DNA of 64,000 nt from an uncultured Chloroflexia bacterium (GTDB lineage Bacteria; Chloroflexota; Limnocylindria; Limnocylindrales; CSP1-4), in assembly GCA_963720315.1 (NCBI GenBank), contig CAVRFC010000002.1:97990-161989 (forward strand). Direction: 5' to 3'. The position numbers and the translations under genes are program-made. Each line of letters opens with the position of its first letter. Positions within the stretch are counted from its first letter, which is position 1. The notes beneath the pieces are model-generated. The model saw nothing but the letters and a program-made list of their open reading frames with translations. It searched no databases and had not been told where the DNA came from. Positions 63,015 through 64,000 of this stretch are shown piece after piece.

Positions 63015-64000
63015 GCGGGAACCCCATGCGGAACGGCGACGCCACGCCGAGTGGCGACGCCACGCCGAGTGGCGACCCTGCGCCGAGCGCCGGCCCCGCG
63101 CCGAGCGCCGCCCTCGCCCCGAGCGGCGACGAGATCGTCCGGCTCGACGGCCTCGAAGTCCACTTCCCCGTGCGGGGCGGTGGGCTCCTCGACGCCATCC
63201 TCAGGCGTCCGCGTGGCGTCATCCGGGCGGTCGACGGGATCGACCTGACCTTGCGTCGTGGCGAGGTCCTCGGGCTCGTGGGCGAATCGGGCAGCGGCAA
63301 GACGACGACGGGGCGGGTAGTGGTCAAGTTGACCCGCCAGACCGCGGGACGAATCTCGCTCGACGGGAAGGACGTGTCGGACCTTTGGGGGTCGCGCGCG
63401 CTCCGCGACTACCGGCGGCGCGTCCAGCTCATCTTCCAGGACCCGTACGAGACGCTCAACCCGAAGCACACGATCCGCGAGTTCGTCATGGAGCCGCTGC
63501 TCGTCAACGGGATCGGGACGCCGGCGGAACGTGACAGCCGCGTCGTGGATGCACTCGAGTCGGCGGGACTCCGTCCGGCTCGCGACTTCGCTGGGCGGTA
63601 TCCCCATGAGCTGTCCGGTGGCCAACGCCAGCGAGTCGTGATCGCCGGGGCGCTCGTCATGGGGCCGCAGGTGATCGTCGCCGACGAGCCGGTCTCGATG
63701 CTCGATGTCTCGATTCGAACGGAGCTCCTCCGACTGATGCTCGACCTGCGCGCCGAGAGGGGCCTTACCTACCTCTTCATCACTCACGACCTGTCGCTCG
63801 CGTGGGTCATCGCCGACCGGATCGCCGTCATGTATCTCGGCAAGATCATGGAAATCGGGCCGGCGGAGCAAGTCATCCGGGCGCCCCACAACCCGTACAC
63901 CCAGGCCCTCGTGTCGGTCTCCCCGACGCCGGAGCCACCGACGGCGGGCGAGCGGGCGAGGCGGACGATCCTCGTCGGCGAGACGCCCGATGCGGCCAAC
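63011..64000 (+). CDS. ABC transporter ATP-binding protein (DppF/OppF-like); partial, runs off the window end. N-terminal Ser/Pro/Ala/Asp repeat extension.
   Basis: ATGA overlap. Walker [18 protein letters not shown]. Walker [19 protein letters not shown]-terminus [32 protein letters not shown] is encoded by short tandem DNA repeats. Confidence 0.8.
   Translation, partial: MSGNPMRNGDATPSGDATPSGDPAPSAGPAPSAALAPSGDEIVRLDGLEVHFPVRGGGLLDAILRRPRGVIRAVDGIDLTLRRGEVLGLVGESGSGKTTTGRVVVKLTRQTAGRISLDGKDVSDLWGSRALRDYRRRVQLIFQDPYETLNPKHTIREFVMEPLLVNGIGTPAERDSRVVDALESAGLRPARDFAGRYPHELSGGQRQRVVIAGALVMGPQVIVADEPVSMLDVSIRTELLRLMLDLRAERGLTYLFITHDLSLAWVIADRIAVMYLGKIMEIGPAEQVIRAPHNPYTQALVSVSPTPEPPTAGERARRTILVGETPDAAN

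Overview
High-GC (~70%) bacterial chromosomal segment, gene-dense, with frequent GTG/TTG starts and 1- or 4-nt stop/start overlaps (GTGA/ATGA). Gene content looks Actinobacteria- or Chloroflexi-like; I cannot place it more precisely from sequence alone. I called about 50 protein-coding genes or pseudogenes. I saw no rRNA, no convincing tRNA, no CRISPR array and no transposase or integrase.

Blocks from left to right:
- 1-9.7 kb: a sulfoquinovose-centred glycan locus. It holds UDP-sulfoquinovose synthase SQD1/SqdB, an NAD-epimerase, a Wzx/PST flippase, a GT4 (frameshifted), a TM-flanked GT2, and a convergent pair made of a polytopic GT-C-like membrane protein and a DPM1-like polyprenyl-phosphate GT2. 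A persulfide-dioxygenase-like MBL+2x rhodanese gene (a possible sulfite source) is transcribed divergently from the SQD1 operon.
- 11.4-14.2 kb: a large secreted protein with three tandem ~125-aa C-terminal repeats.
- 14.4-18.2 kb: two membrane GAF-GGDEF diguanylate cyclases.
- 18.3-35.9 kb: PolX, a TPR/acidic protein co-transcribed with a 932-aa methyltransferase-like zinc-ribbon protein, DUF885, a heavily decayed PhoX-like phosphatase pseudogene (at least 8 frameshifts), a FAD oxidase, a class III aminotransferase, IclR and Acs.
- 36.0-47.8 kb: a CpaE/TadZ-like ATPase with a coiled-coil partner, MoaA, PNP, a dienelactone hydrolase, ThyX, and a cAMP module (cNMP-binding protein, adenylate cyclase-AAA-TPR, Cys-rich small protein, SRPBCC).
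- 49.4-57.8 kb: SatD-like/DUF3307-like pair, aminotransferase, S15 hydrolase, NUDIX, sarcosine-oxidase-like enzyme, LD-carboxypeptidase.
- 57.9-64.0 kb: a DppABCDF-type ABC transporter.

Non-coding signals worth noting:
- a cluster of six DnaA-box-like motifs (3 forward, 3 reverse) at 40.13-40.22 kb;
- a near-identical 23-bp palindromic element present twice (21.5 kb and 41.45 kb);
- a leaderless sigma70-like promoter with ATTAGCC repeats upstream of the SatD-like gene.

Several genes carry single-nucleotide frameshifts (GT4, adenylate cyclase-TPR, aminotransferase, possibly the GT2 3' end). These are either true pseudogenes or homopolymer indel errors; the PhoX-like gene is clearly a decayed pseudogene. 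All functional calls come from reading the translated ORFs and recognising conserved motifs. No database search was run.
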